Below, piece after piece: positions 1-8,066 of a stretch of 64,000 nucleotides of DNA (within the stretch, counting starts at the first letter, position 1; each line of letters opens with the position of its first letter). The notes below the pieces were generated by a model that worked only from the letters and a program-made list of their open reading frames with translations, ran no database searches and had not been told where the DNA came from. The position numbers were made by a program, and so were the translations under genes. Location of the stretch: the IMG/VR virus record IMGVR_UViG_3300025066_000017. One strand, 5' to 3'. The stretch comes from a virus (taxonomy: Duplodnaviria; Heunggongvirae; Uroviricota; Caudoviricetes).

Positions 1-121
1 CATTCTTCTAATTTAATAATTTTAGTCAAGACATACTGCAGATTTTACCACAATAAATCTTGTAAGGACTTGCCTACCAGGAAGGAAGAAAGACTATACT
101 GTCGAGATAAAGATATAAATA

Positions 122-676
122 TCAATCCCTTGAAATAGTCATACTAACCGTTCCTAATTCCTTATCTCCCCGATGTTTTTGGACATACTCTGCAAAGCAA
201 CCCTCTTTTGTTGCATCCCAAATCTCCTGATGCAACCTCTTCCTCCTTTCGCTCTCCATTGCCCAAGCAGTGAAAACCCAAAAAAACCAAAATACTGAGC
301 AAAATATATATCCTGCAGCGGCTATGATTGGCCCATAGGATACCGATATTTGTTTTGCCCCCCAGACCCTCGGTATATTCCCTAGCAATCTTTCTCTTCG
401 ATATTCCGCAAACGATTCCTCTTTCGCCTCATCCGACTCACATAGACGCCCTAGCCACAATATAAATGTCACGAGGCCAAAAAATACTGCGTTCAATACA
501 ATCAGGTTCCCTGCCCAATCCTGCTTAAACCAAGACAGTGATATCGCCAGTGCTAGAAACATCACATTTAGAAAATACGATAGAAAAAGCGCTCTCCTGC
601 CCCTCGGCGATAAAGAAACCTTAAATTTCCCTCGAGGCACCTCTTTGCGAAAAACTTCTTCGTTCTCAATGCTCAT
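122..676 (-). CDS. Integral membrane protein (about 4 predicted TM helices), translationally coupled downstream of the SPFH gene
   Basis: ORF overlaps the upstream SPFH ORF by 4 nt. Hydrophobic segments LFLSYFLNVMFLALAISL, LIVLNAVFFGLVTFILWLG and IIAAAGYIFCSVFWFFWVFTAWA are present. No recognisable catalytic motif. Confidence 0.5.
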   Translation of the reverse strand: MSIENEEVFRKEVPRGKFKVSLSPRGRRALFLSYFLNVMFLALAISLSWFKQDWAGNLIVLNAVFFGLVTFILWLGRLCESDEAKEESFAEYRRERLLGNIPRVWGAKQISVSYGPIIAAAGYIFCSVFWFFWVFTAWAMESERRKRLHQEIWDATKEGCFAEYVQKHRGDKELGTVSMTISRD

Positions 677-1644
677 CGTATTCTTTTCCCGCCCACACTT
701 GTTGCGGGGCTTTTCCGCAATCTCTTTTTCGACTTTCTGCGCTTTCGCCTCGTTGTCCGACTCAAATCAAAAGTAGGAAGTAATCCCCGACTATTTCCTC
801 CTGTAATAATTACCTTGTCCCCAGGAGCCACTCTCTTGTAGAGAATTTCATTATTATCTAGCTCACGCAGCCGTAAATATTTGTTCGTCAGGGCTGCCCC
901 GATAATCTTAATTCTCTCCGATTGTGCCTTTGCCTCCAAAGCAATAACCTGACGACGCAAAAGAGCAATTCGCTTTCTGTTCTGCATTTTCAATAATTCT
1001 ATCGCTTGTCGAGCTTTTTCCTCTTTGAGCTTGATCTCCTTCTCTCTCCGGCGCTCAACCGCTCTTGTAATCACATCAGGATAATCAAAATTAGAAGCTC
1101 TCACAAAAGGAACTTCCATAGGAGTCCCCTTCAAAGCAATTCTCAACTTGTTATGTATTGCTTTTTGTATCGCCGCACGAGATTCTCTGATCTGCACAGT
1201 TTGATAACTGGAGACAACCTCTCTCGCGATAGATTTCGCTGTTGGCTTTACATATGTATTGTATAATTCTTCAAACGTAAGAACATTCTTTTTGTTCGTA
1301 CCTTTTCTATTAAACACTGCCATGAGTTCTCTGCCACTCTTTGCTTTTAGACGCGCTCTGATTTTTAAAGAGAACTTGAAATTTAAATCATCTGCGCAAA
1401 GAATATTCAACTTAATTGCTCTCATTACCTCCTTGAATTCAACAAGAACAAGCTTGTCCCATTGATACATATTGTGCTTTCCGGGTTGCAAGATTTTACC
1501 CGTTAAACCCGACCGCGTCATCACCATGCCCAGATAACCCGGAGGTACCATTTGGCTACACTTGCACCCAGAGGCTGTAAAGCTCAAAAGGAACAAAAAA
1601 ACCAAGCTCCACTTCATGAATTTTATATTTTCTTTTCTCTTCAT
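673..1644 (-). CDS. SPFH/band-7 (prohibitin/HflKC/flotillin-like) domain lipoprotein
   Basis: N-terminal signal with lipobox-like FTASGC; true start is probably at MKWSLVFLFLL. The C-terminal half has the SPFH coiled-coil region (EKEIKLKEEKARQAIELL...ALEAKAQSERIKIIGAAL...LRLRELDNNEILYKRVAPGDKVIITGG), resembling the ...LRYLEtL...vilp end of band-7 proteins. Confidence 0.65.
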   Translation of the reverse strand: MKRKENIKFMKWSLVFLFLLSFTASGCKCSQMVPPGYLGMVMTRSGLTGKILQPGKHNMYQWDKLVLVEFKEVMRAIKLNILCADDLNFKFSLKIRARLKAKSGRELMAVFNRKGTNKKNVLTFEELYNTYVKPTAKSIAREVVSSYQTVQIRESRAAIQKAIHNKLRIALKGTPMEVPFVRASNFDYPDVITRAVERRREKEIKLKEEKARQAIELLKMQNRKRIALLRRQVIALEAKAQSERIKIIGAALTNKYLRLRELDNNEILYKRVAPGDKVIITGGNSRGLLPTFDLSRTTRRKRRKSKKRLRKSPATSVGGKRIR

Positions 1645-1673
1645 CTTGCCTATCTCCCTAAAGATTTTAAATC

Positions 1674-2102
1674 TTATTTTTGTTTTTTTCTGCGATTAGC
1701 TTCCTTTAAGATTCGTTTGACCTCCTTGTCCACTTCGCTTGTTGGCTTATCCATCTTTCTGAGTAGTGGATCCTTTCTCTTAACCGCATCCTTCTTTAGT
1801 TCCGGAAGAGGAATCTCTTGGGGAGCCGACTGATTCTGTTTGTAAGTCCCATCTTCTTCCACCGAAGGACCAGGATCAACAGGTCTTATCTGCAACATCC
1901 CTATCAAGGCAACACAACCAATAAAGATACCAACTCCCAACAGCCAAGCTCTATGCCTCGATCGTAGACGTGATACTTCATCCATCTCCGTATCAAATGC
2001 AATGAGTATGTTTTTTATGCCGTATGCAGACATAATAACCATAACAATCACCACCAACATTGTTATGAAACCTTCTATATTATTCATAAAACTATCAAGC
2101 AT
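1674..2102 (-). CDS. Small membrane protein with two TM segments and a Lys/Arg-rich C-terminal tail
   Basis: Hydrophobic stretches ITMLVVIVMVIMSAYGI and AWLLGVGIFIGCVALIGML, followed by a charged tail KRILKEANRRKKQK. Function unknown. Confidence 0.45.
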   Translation of the reverse strand: MLDSFMNNIEGFITMLVVIVMVIMSAYGIKNILIAFDTEMDEVSRLRSRHRAWLLGVGIFIGCVALIGMLQIRPVDPGPSVEEDGTYKQNQSAPQEIPLPELKKDAVKRKDPLLRKMDKPTSEVDKEVKRILKEANRRKKQK

Positions 2103-2170
2103 CTACCTTTCTCCTGTTTATCTAAAATCAACACCCATATAAACACAAAACTATAAATAATCAGAACTTT

Positions 2171-2524
2171 CTATTTTTCTGGGTGACCTTTTTTACACAC
2201 ATGGTCCAGAAACTGTTCAACCTCCTTATCCGTCTTTAAGAACGTACCCAATTTTTCTTTTTCTTCAGGCAAATCACATTCTTCTAAATCATCTGGTAAA
2301 ACACCAAACACCTGACGATCAAAAGCAACGCAATTGAATTCTCCTGACACAGAGACAAGAAAGGTGCCATCTTCCATATAACCTTCGATAGTAACTCGAC
2401 GGTTACTTGTTTTTAAGAGATAGAGAATATCTGGTGGATAATCTGCAATCATCTGGATGATCTTTTTTGGACGCGTTGAAACCCAAACCCAAAAAAGATC
2501 ATCCATTTCACGAACTTTAACCAT
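2171..2524 (-). CDS. Hypothetical protein
   Basis: 117-aa ORF colinear with neighbouring minus-strand genes. Composition is coding-like. No motif recognised. Confidence 0.4.
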   Translation of the reverse strand: MVKVREMDDLFWVWVSTRPKKIIQMIADYPPDILYLLKTSNRRVTIEGYMEDGTFLVSVSGEFNCVAFDRQVFGVLPDDLEECDLPEEKEKLGTFLKTDKEVEQFLDHVCKKGHPEK

Positions 2525-2541
2525 CTTTTAACATCCTTTTT

Positions 2542-3213
2542 TTACCAATACGCAAGTGGATTCTTATGGTCTGGATAATTTTCAGATAACCAAGTTTTCA
2601 ACTCTTTATCCTCTCTATTCCGCGCAACCCATATCTTCTCACCCGAATCAACAATCGTATTCTTCGATGTTTCAGGCATCCTATGTATCTCTACCCCTGC
2701 AGGTTCCCCCGGAATTCCTCTATCCATAACACGCAAAAAAGAACGATCCATCCGCAATTCTTCTTCTACACTTTCATCGTCATAGTCTGGATAACATCTT
2801 TCCGATCCATACCTCTGGCTGAGAGATATGTGCGCGGATCTATCGTAAAAAGCTGCTTTGTAGAATATCATGGCTCTCCTTCGTCCATGTTCATCTAATA
2901 AATACGACCAATAAGAATTACCTTCCATTGCTTCCTTTGACCAACCATCCGGAAATTCCACCTCAATAAATAAATCATCAGAACGATCACTGAAAACAAA
3001 CCCCAAACTCTCGAAATGTTTTCTCGAGCTACCATAGAGATGTTTCTTGGGCAATGTCTGCATTCTTGCCTGTTGTCTTTGTCCTCGTGACTCTTGTGCC
3101 TCTATTCCTCCCTCTGTTGTCACGGCTATAATGTTTTCCACATCCTCCCCGGTTCTAGCTCCTGCTAATAAAAAATGCAAAGCTTGCGGAGTTACTTCTT
3201 TTTTCATCTTCAT
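2542..3213 (-). CDS. Hypothetical protein
   Basis: 223-aa ORF with tight spacing to its neighbours. No motif recognised. Confidence 0.45.
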   Translation of the reverse strand: MKMKKEVTPQALHFLLAGARTGEDVENIIAVTTEGGIEAQESRGQRQQARMQTLPKKHLYGSSRKHFESLGFVFSDRSDDLFIEVEFPDGWSKEAMEGNSYWSYLLDEHGRRRAMIFYKAAFYDRSAHISLSQRYGSERCYPDYDDESVEEELRMDRSFLRVMDRGIPGEPAGVEIHRMPETSKNTIVDSGEKIWVARNREDKELKTWLSENYPDHKNPLAYW

Positions 3214-3264
3214 TTTTCTATATCCTTATGTTCACTATTGGAAAAGACCACATAGATTAATGGC

Positions 3265-3687
3265 TTACTTCTCACCTTCCTTAAACCATTCACCTTCTCT
3301 GTGCCATTCACCCCCAGCCCAACCACTAGCCCTACCACCATCCCAAATAGTGGAAACTCCATGACAGCGGCATGGCTTTGTCTTCTCTTTCAACATCCTC
3401 CCAACCCAACCACACTTTTTACACTTACCTGTAACGATATCTGATGGAGGTCTGTAACCTGGGGATGGCCCTATAGATAACATGCTAGGACCATATCCCC
3501 CCGCCCAATCTCCACGCATAACCCCCACTGCATCACCTGTCCCCAACAACTCTGCAACATCATGAGCCAACGCCAACTCCTGTTCAAAGGAACGATTGTG
3601 GTCTTCTTCCAGGAAATCCATCTCTTGCTCCATTGCTTGGCGCATGGTCTCTTCGGTTAGCGACTCTATCTCATCCAGTTTTCCCAT
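3265..3687 (-). CDS. Hypothetical protein with a C-terminal Zn-ribbon-like CxxC...CxC motif
   Basis: Acidic N-terminus, followed by GKCKKCGWVGRMLKEKTKPCRCHG. Confidence 0.45.
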   Translation of the reverse strand: MGKLDEIESLTEETMRQAMEQEMDFLEEDHNRSFEQELALAHDVAELLGTGDAVGVMRGDWAGGYGPSMLSIGPSPGYRPPSDIVTGKCKKCGWVGRMLKEKTKPCRCHGVSTIWDGGRASGWAGGEWHREGEWFKEGEK

Positions 3688-3689
3688 AA

Positions 3690-4541
3690 CTACCTCATAC
3701 TCCTCCTTCTACCAGGAGGGTCCGGAACCAAACCAGAAAAAATCGAATATTTATATTCTGGAAAATTTCTCTCCAACCAATCATTCACGTCTTGGTATCT
3801 AAACCACTCTCCATGAGACCGACAAAATGCAAGATCATCATGTACCTTCTTCTCCGACCAACCCCTGGCCATATGAGGAAACATGAACAATAAACTAAGC
3901 TTCGCAGGACTATTGGTGCGCAAACTCGATAATCGGGACTTCATGCCTCGAGACCTTCCTATTTTGATACGCCCTATACCCTCCGCAAGAACAAAATACA
4001 CCTGCGAACCATAGCACCGTCCCAAAACTCTTGTTTCTGAAGTAATATCAAGAGAACTACGATAAGATTGATCATAAAACCAACGCCCTCCAATATTCAC
4101 AACTGCTGGTTTGGGATGTCTATATTGGCTTCGCACTACATACTCAACCCCATAGCCACAACTGCTCCTCGGACAAGCAACACAGCACCATGTGTATATG
4201 TGTTGTTTGCTTGCAACCATCAATGTTGAATGTCCGTGCATATCCTTTCTTATTGGACAAGCACATCCACCACAAGCTCTGATTGTTGGAGATGTATGGA
4301 GACTCGGTATCTCTGGTACCCAAGTCTCATCGTTTCCTAAACTGTCCTTAACAGTGAAGCTTTCCCCGGGATTCAATAAAGGAGGAATATCTACATACTC
4401 CCCACGATGATTGATCTTGAAAAAACCCAAAGGATTTTCCTCGATTGATTCCGTTTTTATTTTTGGTTCAACCGGAACAATCTCTTCTACCTCAACCATA
4501 TCTATATTCTCAACCCAGACATCTTGGACATAACCGCACAT
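3690..4541 (-). CDS. T5orf172 (MUG113, GIY-YIG superfamily)-like domain protein with Cys-rich N-terminal domain; paralog A
   Basis: C-terminal ...VYFVLAEGIGRIKIGRSRGMKSRLSSLRTNSPAKLSLLFMFPHMARGWSEKKVHDDLAFCRSHGEWFRYQDVNDWLE matches the T5orf172 pattern (IKIG.T.N...R...L......L....F......E..LH..F...R..GEWF). The N-terminal half is Cys-rich (CGGCACP...CCVACPRSSCGYG). Likely start at the internal Met (MVEVEE, about 4499), which removes the 40-nt overlap with the upstream gene. Confidence 0.6.
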   Translation of the reverse strand: MCGYVQDVWVENIDMVEVEEIVPVEPKIKTESIEENPLGFFKINHRGEYVDIPPLLNPGESFTVKDSLGNDETWVPEIPSLHTSPTIRACGGCACPIRKDMHGHSTLMVASKQHIYTWCCVACPRSSCGYGVEYVVRSQYRHPKPAVVNIGGRWFYDQSYRSSLDITSETRVLGRCYGSQVYFVLAEGIGRIKIGRSRGMKSRLSSLRTNSPAKLSLLFMFPHMARGWSEKKVHDDLAFCRSHGEWFRYQDVNDWLERNFPEYKYSIFSGLVPDPPGRRRSMR

Positions 4542-5275
4542 TGAAACTCAGGAAATGTATCCAGTAACCATTCAAATGCAGCATTACTTTCAAACCACTC
4601 ACCATGACTACGATGAACAACCAACTCTTTGTGGATCTTCTTTTCTGTCCATCCCCGCATCCCCTCCATGAAAGAAAAAACGAGGAACAATGGTGTCGGT
4701 GAGTCACCTCGTAAAGAACCCAAGCGTTGATACAATCTAGAACTTCTGCCTATTTTCACTCTCTCGCACTCTTTCGATAAAATAAAGTAAACATGCTCCC
4801 CATGTAGGGATTTACAAAGGAGCCTTTCTCTATCCCTTAGAATCCCATCTCGAAACATACGAGAACTAAGCTTCTCTTCCTTTCCCCAAACATAAAAATT
4901 CTTTTCCTCTCCAGAACAAACATACGACCTACAAGCTGTACTGCAGCGCATCCAGTATTGGTTCCTATGCACAAACCACAGAACTCTGCTTTCTATGGCC
5001 TGCTCCCACAACAATGCTGTGCAACTAGGACATCTATCCGGAACAGGATCCCCGCTGTAAACAGGTGCGTCTGCAATAATCTCATGCTTTCCTATTTTGA
5101 TAACACCTCCCACAGGTATTATCTCTTCTGTCTGCGGAAAGCTAATAGTATCCACATGTGCGATGCTTTTATCTGAAGTTCCTCCCAAGTCTCTAGATAA
5201 ACGATGTGGTGCACAACCTATTCGCGACTCTCGAGAAAGATGGCGACGAACTATCCCATTGAATAAGTAACTCAA
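4502..5275 (-). CDS. T5orf172 (GIY-YIG superfamily)-like domain protein with Cys-rich N-terminal domain; paralog B
   Basis: C-terminus ...VYFILSKECERVKIGRSSRLYQRLGSLRGDSPTPLFLVFSFMEGMRGWTEKKIHKELVVHRSHGEWFESNAAFEWL is colinear with the downstream paralog. N-terminal Cys cluster CPSCTALLW...CSTACRSYVCSGEE. Confidence 0.6.
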   Translation of the reverse strand: MSYLFNGIVRRHLSRESRIGCAPHRLSRDLGGTSDKSIAHVDTISFPQTEEIIPVGGVIKIGKHEIIADAPVYSGDPVPDRCPSCTALLWEQAIESRVLWFVHRNQYWMRCSTACRSYVCSGEEKNFYVWGKEEKLSSRMFRDGILRDRERLLCKSLHGEHVYFILSKECERVKIGRSSRLYQRLGSLRGDSPTPLFLVFSFMEGMRGWTEKKIHKELVVHRSHGEWFESNAAFEWLLDTFPEFQCAVMSKMSGLRI

Positions 5276-5577
5276 GACCCCGATGCTTCTAAATTGGTAA
5301 ACGTCCTCTCCAAGATTTCAAAAGACCTCCAAATCTCCAACTCATCCTCAGTTAAAGGCTTTAGTTTTTCGGCAGGAAAAGATAGATCCATGATTCTCCG
5401 GTGTGCCCACACTAAAACTTCTCCCCCCTCCTCGCTAACACATACATCAAAGCCAGGATTTACTTCGTCTTTCCATGCCGACCTTAAAGCATGTATTACC
5501 TGCACCGGAGAAGTTGTAACATTCACAAACTCAGGAACTTTTTTAGCCGTAAGTCTAATCTCCATCTCTTTCTCCAC
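5272..5577 (-). CDS. Hypothetical protein
   Basis: 101-aa ORF. The palindromic motif lies 7 nt upstream of its start, at 5584-5602. Confidence 0.4.
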   Translation of the reverse strand: MEKEMEIRLTAKKVPEFVNVTTSPVQVIHALRSAWKDEVNPGFDVCVSEEGGEVLVWAHRRIMDLSFPAEKLKPLTEDELEIWRSFEILERTFTNLEASGS

Positions 5578-5583
5578 TTATAA

Positions 5584-5602
5584 ATCTTTAGAGTCTAAAG
5601 AT
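5584..5602. promoter_or_regulatory. Conserved palindrome ATCTTTAGA(G)TCTAAAGAT, copy 1
   Basis: Exact 9-1-9 palindrome. Lies 7 nt upstream of the start of gene 5272-5577 and downstream of gene 5604-6341. Confidence 0.7.
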
Positions 5603-5603
5603 T

Positions 5604-6341
5604 TTACAAATTCAGTTTCGAGTAAATATTCTCCAAGTCATCCGCAATGTACCCACTCGCTTCGTCATCTTCTTCGCGTAAATCTGTAACTCGGGAATCC
5701 AACAACTCACGTAACAAATCGCGCTCTCGTCCCGTTAGCAGATCAAACTGAAGTTCTTTGATAGAACCAATCATTAATCGAGAATAGGAAAACCACAGCT
5801 TTTTCTCTGATTGAGTTAGCTCCCTAAAGTGTCGAGTATCCTCTAACTCTTCCCCTAATGCTTCCTGATAAGCTTCCACCCAATTATTCTGCAGTAGACG
5901 AGCTATTCGATACTTCTGAGACTCAATAATGAAATCCAAACGATCGGGATTCTCCAATACAAATCTGTGATCCTTTGGAAAATTCTCTCGAGGAGGCATA
6001 TCCGACAAAGGATGATTGCCTCGCTCATCCACAAGCCCACAAACATCACATTCATGAACAGTGCTTGCATGAACAGTGCTTGCAGGTCTTAAATTTATAT
6101 CGTGTCTCGTGCAAAGCATTGCTCCACGAGGGCACTCTCTACAAGGATAGGGAGATTGGACCGAACTATACCTCTTCGGATCAGACGTCTCTCCGGTATT
6201 ACCATCATCCACATGCCGCAGAAGCTCAGATTTCCCACCCCCACCACAACTACTACACACCCCCGTCATAATAACGTTATCTGATGTCCGTTTCTCAAAG
6301 CCACACTCGCACTTGAAAATATTACTCACAGAAACCTCCAC
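5604..6341 (-). CDS. Hypothetical Cys-rich protein (Zn-ribbon-like N-terminus)
   Basis: FKCECGF...CSSCGGGG...CRECPRGAMLCTRHD...CDVCG. Contains an in-frame 15-nt tandem duplication (HASTVHASTVH). C-terminal half is acidic and helical. Confidence 0.45.
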   Translation of the reverse strand: MEVSVSNIFKCECGFEKRTSDNVIMTGVCSSCGGGGKSELLRHVDDGNTGETSDPKRYSSVQSPYPCRECPRGAMLCTRHDINLRPASTVHASTVHECDVCGLVDERGNHPLSDMPPRENFPKDHRFVLENPDRLDFIIESQKYRIARLLQNNWVEAYQEALGEELEDTRHFRELTQSEKKLWFSYSRLMIGSIKELQFDLLTGRERDLLRELLDSRVTDLREEDDEASGYIADDLENIYSKLNL

Positions 6342-6550
6342 TACTCACTTACTTGGCGTTCAATGGAATAAATCACACTGTCATCCCTTCTCTCTCCACT
6401 CGGAACACCACACTCCATTGAACAAGAATGACCACCCCCTCCCGTCGCCCAATCTCGTCGCAAACCTTCTCGAATTTTCTCCGCACGCTCTGCTGGAGTC
6501 AAGGCATACCAAGGCTCTAATAACTCTTCCATAATCATTCTTCTGCTCAT
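6341..6550 (-). CDS. Hypothetical small protein
   Basis: 69-aa ORF with a 1-nt start/stop overlap with the downstream gene. Confidence 0.35.
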   Translation of the reverse strand: MSRRMIMEELLEPWYALTPAERAEKIREGLRRDWATGGGGHSCSMECGVPSGERRDDSVIYSIERQVSE

Positions 6551-6558
6551 CTACTCAC

Positions 6559-7020
6559 CTATCCTGGCCAAAGTTCACTTACACGAACACTGAAGTTGTC
6601 CTTGTCCAATTCTACCGTCGTAAAATCATTTCCAAATGGATACCCTTCTCCACCTTCCTTTAAACCCCGCAACCATTCCATGAACTCAGCCTTCCCACCA
6701 GGATTCTCAAAGCGAAAAAAGACTGTATCTCCTTCTCTCACATGTTCTTCTGCTAAGCTCTCCTGAACATCCAAAAGAAGATCCGGATCACGAGATCCAA
6801 TTGCCAACAAAAGCTTTCGCCGATACTCCAATCGATGCACAACATTATCTAAATGAAAATATTCCCTCGTATCCATCGAAAGTTTTAAACAGTTAGTCAC
6901 ATCCTCAAGTGTGTCTATACCTTCTTGCAGTGCCTCTTCTACATCCTCGAGAACACTCTCACCCTCCAGTAATGAAGAAACTAATCTTTGCAACTCTTCA
7001 AAATTCTCCTTCACAACCAA
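6559..7020 (-). CDS. Hypothetical acidic protein
   Basis: 153-aa ORF with coding-like composition. No motif recognised. Confidence 0.45.
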   Translation of the reverse strand: MVVKENFEELQRLVSSLLEGESVLEDVEEALQEGIDTLEDVTNCLKLSMDTREYFHLDNVVHRLEYRRKLLLAIGSRDPDLLLDVQESLAEEHVREGDTVFFRFENPGGKAEFMEWLRGLKEGGEGYPFGNDFTTVELDKDNFSVRVSELWPG

Positions 7021-7066
7021 ACTCCTTTTAACTTATCCAGATCAATAATTAATATCAAAAAAACAA

Positions 7067-7441
7067 CTACTTCATAAAAGAAACTACTATCCAGAAAAGA
7101 ACCGCAATAATAGACCAAAACAATCTCAAAAGAAGAGAAACACCGGTTCCATCCAACCATCCGCCATAAGTTACGTACATTTTTGCTTTTGGCACATTTA
7201 GAGAATCTAACCACAAATACAAAACCCAACCCGAAAACACCAGATTTACAGTCACTAATGTTGTCTTAGCATTTACCCCTCCAAACTTTGCTAAGGAAAC
7301 AAGGCCCATGAGTGACAAAACAACACCACCACCCAATAATCCGAAAAAAGCTCTTATCGAAAGATTCCTCCCCGTCCAGCCCCAGTACACCATTCCAACA
7401 CCCAACACTAAAACAATACAAGACATCGTCTGATGTTCCAT
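7067..7441 (-). CDS. Small integral membrane protein (3-4 TM), holin-like by topology only
   Basis: Almost entirely hydrophobic: IVLVLGVGMVYWGW, FFGLLGGGVVLSLMGLVSLA, LVFSGWVLYLWL, LLLRLFWSIIAVLFWIVVSF. No adjacent lysin was recognised. Confidence 0.45.
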   Translation of the reverse strand: MEHQTMSCIVLVLGVGMVYWGWTGRNLSIRAFFGLLGGGVVLSLMGLVSLAKFGGVNAKTTLVTVNLVFSGWVLYLWLDSLNVPKAKMYVTYGGWLDGTGVSLLLRLFWSIIAVLFWIVVSFMK

Positions 7442-7443
7442 CC

Positions 7444-7665
7444 CTACTTACCCCTATCTTCTTTAAAGAAAGACATTTTTTTCCTTCTTGACCACACCAA
7501 CCATGGCTTCTTACTTAAAGCGTAGTTTGAAAAGTCATGATCATCCGTTATCTCGCAAACCAACTGCAATGGGCACTGTGGAAGAGTTGTTTCAATAGTC
7601 GGAAGCTCCACCTCCACTATGAAAAGACCTGTGTTTGCCCCCAAAAACTCATCCAACTCCCACAA
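7444..7665 (-). CDS. Hypothetical small protein
   Basis: 73-aa ORF with a 2-nt gap to the downstream gene. Confidence 0.3.
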   Translation of the reverse strand: MWELDEFLGANTGLFIVEVELPTIETTLPQCPLQLVCEITDDHDFSNYALSKKPWLVWSRRKKMSFFKEDRGK

Positions 7666-7745
7666 AAACTCTTCACCGTCTTCGTTGATGCTCCTAAAGC
7701 CGTAACGAACCTTCTCTCTATCTCAACACCCATATCCCACCACCC

Positions 7746-8066
7746 CTATCCGTAACGTTGTTCATCTAAAAGATCTTCAAAACAGTCAACCAAACTATCT
7801 AATCCAGCAGTCCACGCTTCTTTTACTTTTCTATGCCCACCCGAACCAAACATCGCAGTCAGTCCCATACTCTCTCTCAAGGACCCAAATAACTCCTGCA
7901 ACGCAATCATCTTCTCATCTACTACACGATCCCACTCCTCCCCAAAATTCTCTCGAATCTCTCCCCACAACACACCCACATGAAAAATGAATGCACCATC
8001 CTTATCTGGCTCACCCAATAAAGATAAAATTTGTTCAAGACTATTTTCCAAACTCACCGTATCCAT
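7746..8066 (-). CDS. Hypothetical protein (first gene of the minus-strand accessory operon)
   Basis: 106-aa ORF. The palindromic motif (variant) lies upstream at 8125-8143. Confidence 0.4.
   Translation of the reverse strand: MDTVSLENSLEQILSLLGEPDKDGAFIFHVGVLWGEIRENFGEEWDRVVDEKMIALQELFGSLRESMGLTAMFGSGGHRKVKEAWTAGLDSLVDCFEDLLDEQRYG

Noticed and set aside
1006-1833. Plus-strand ORFs 1006-1266, 1259-1465, 1552-1833 opposite the SPFH gene
   Set aside because: They lie antisense to a well-supported SPFH coding sequence and have low-complexity Leu/Ser/Phe composition.
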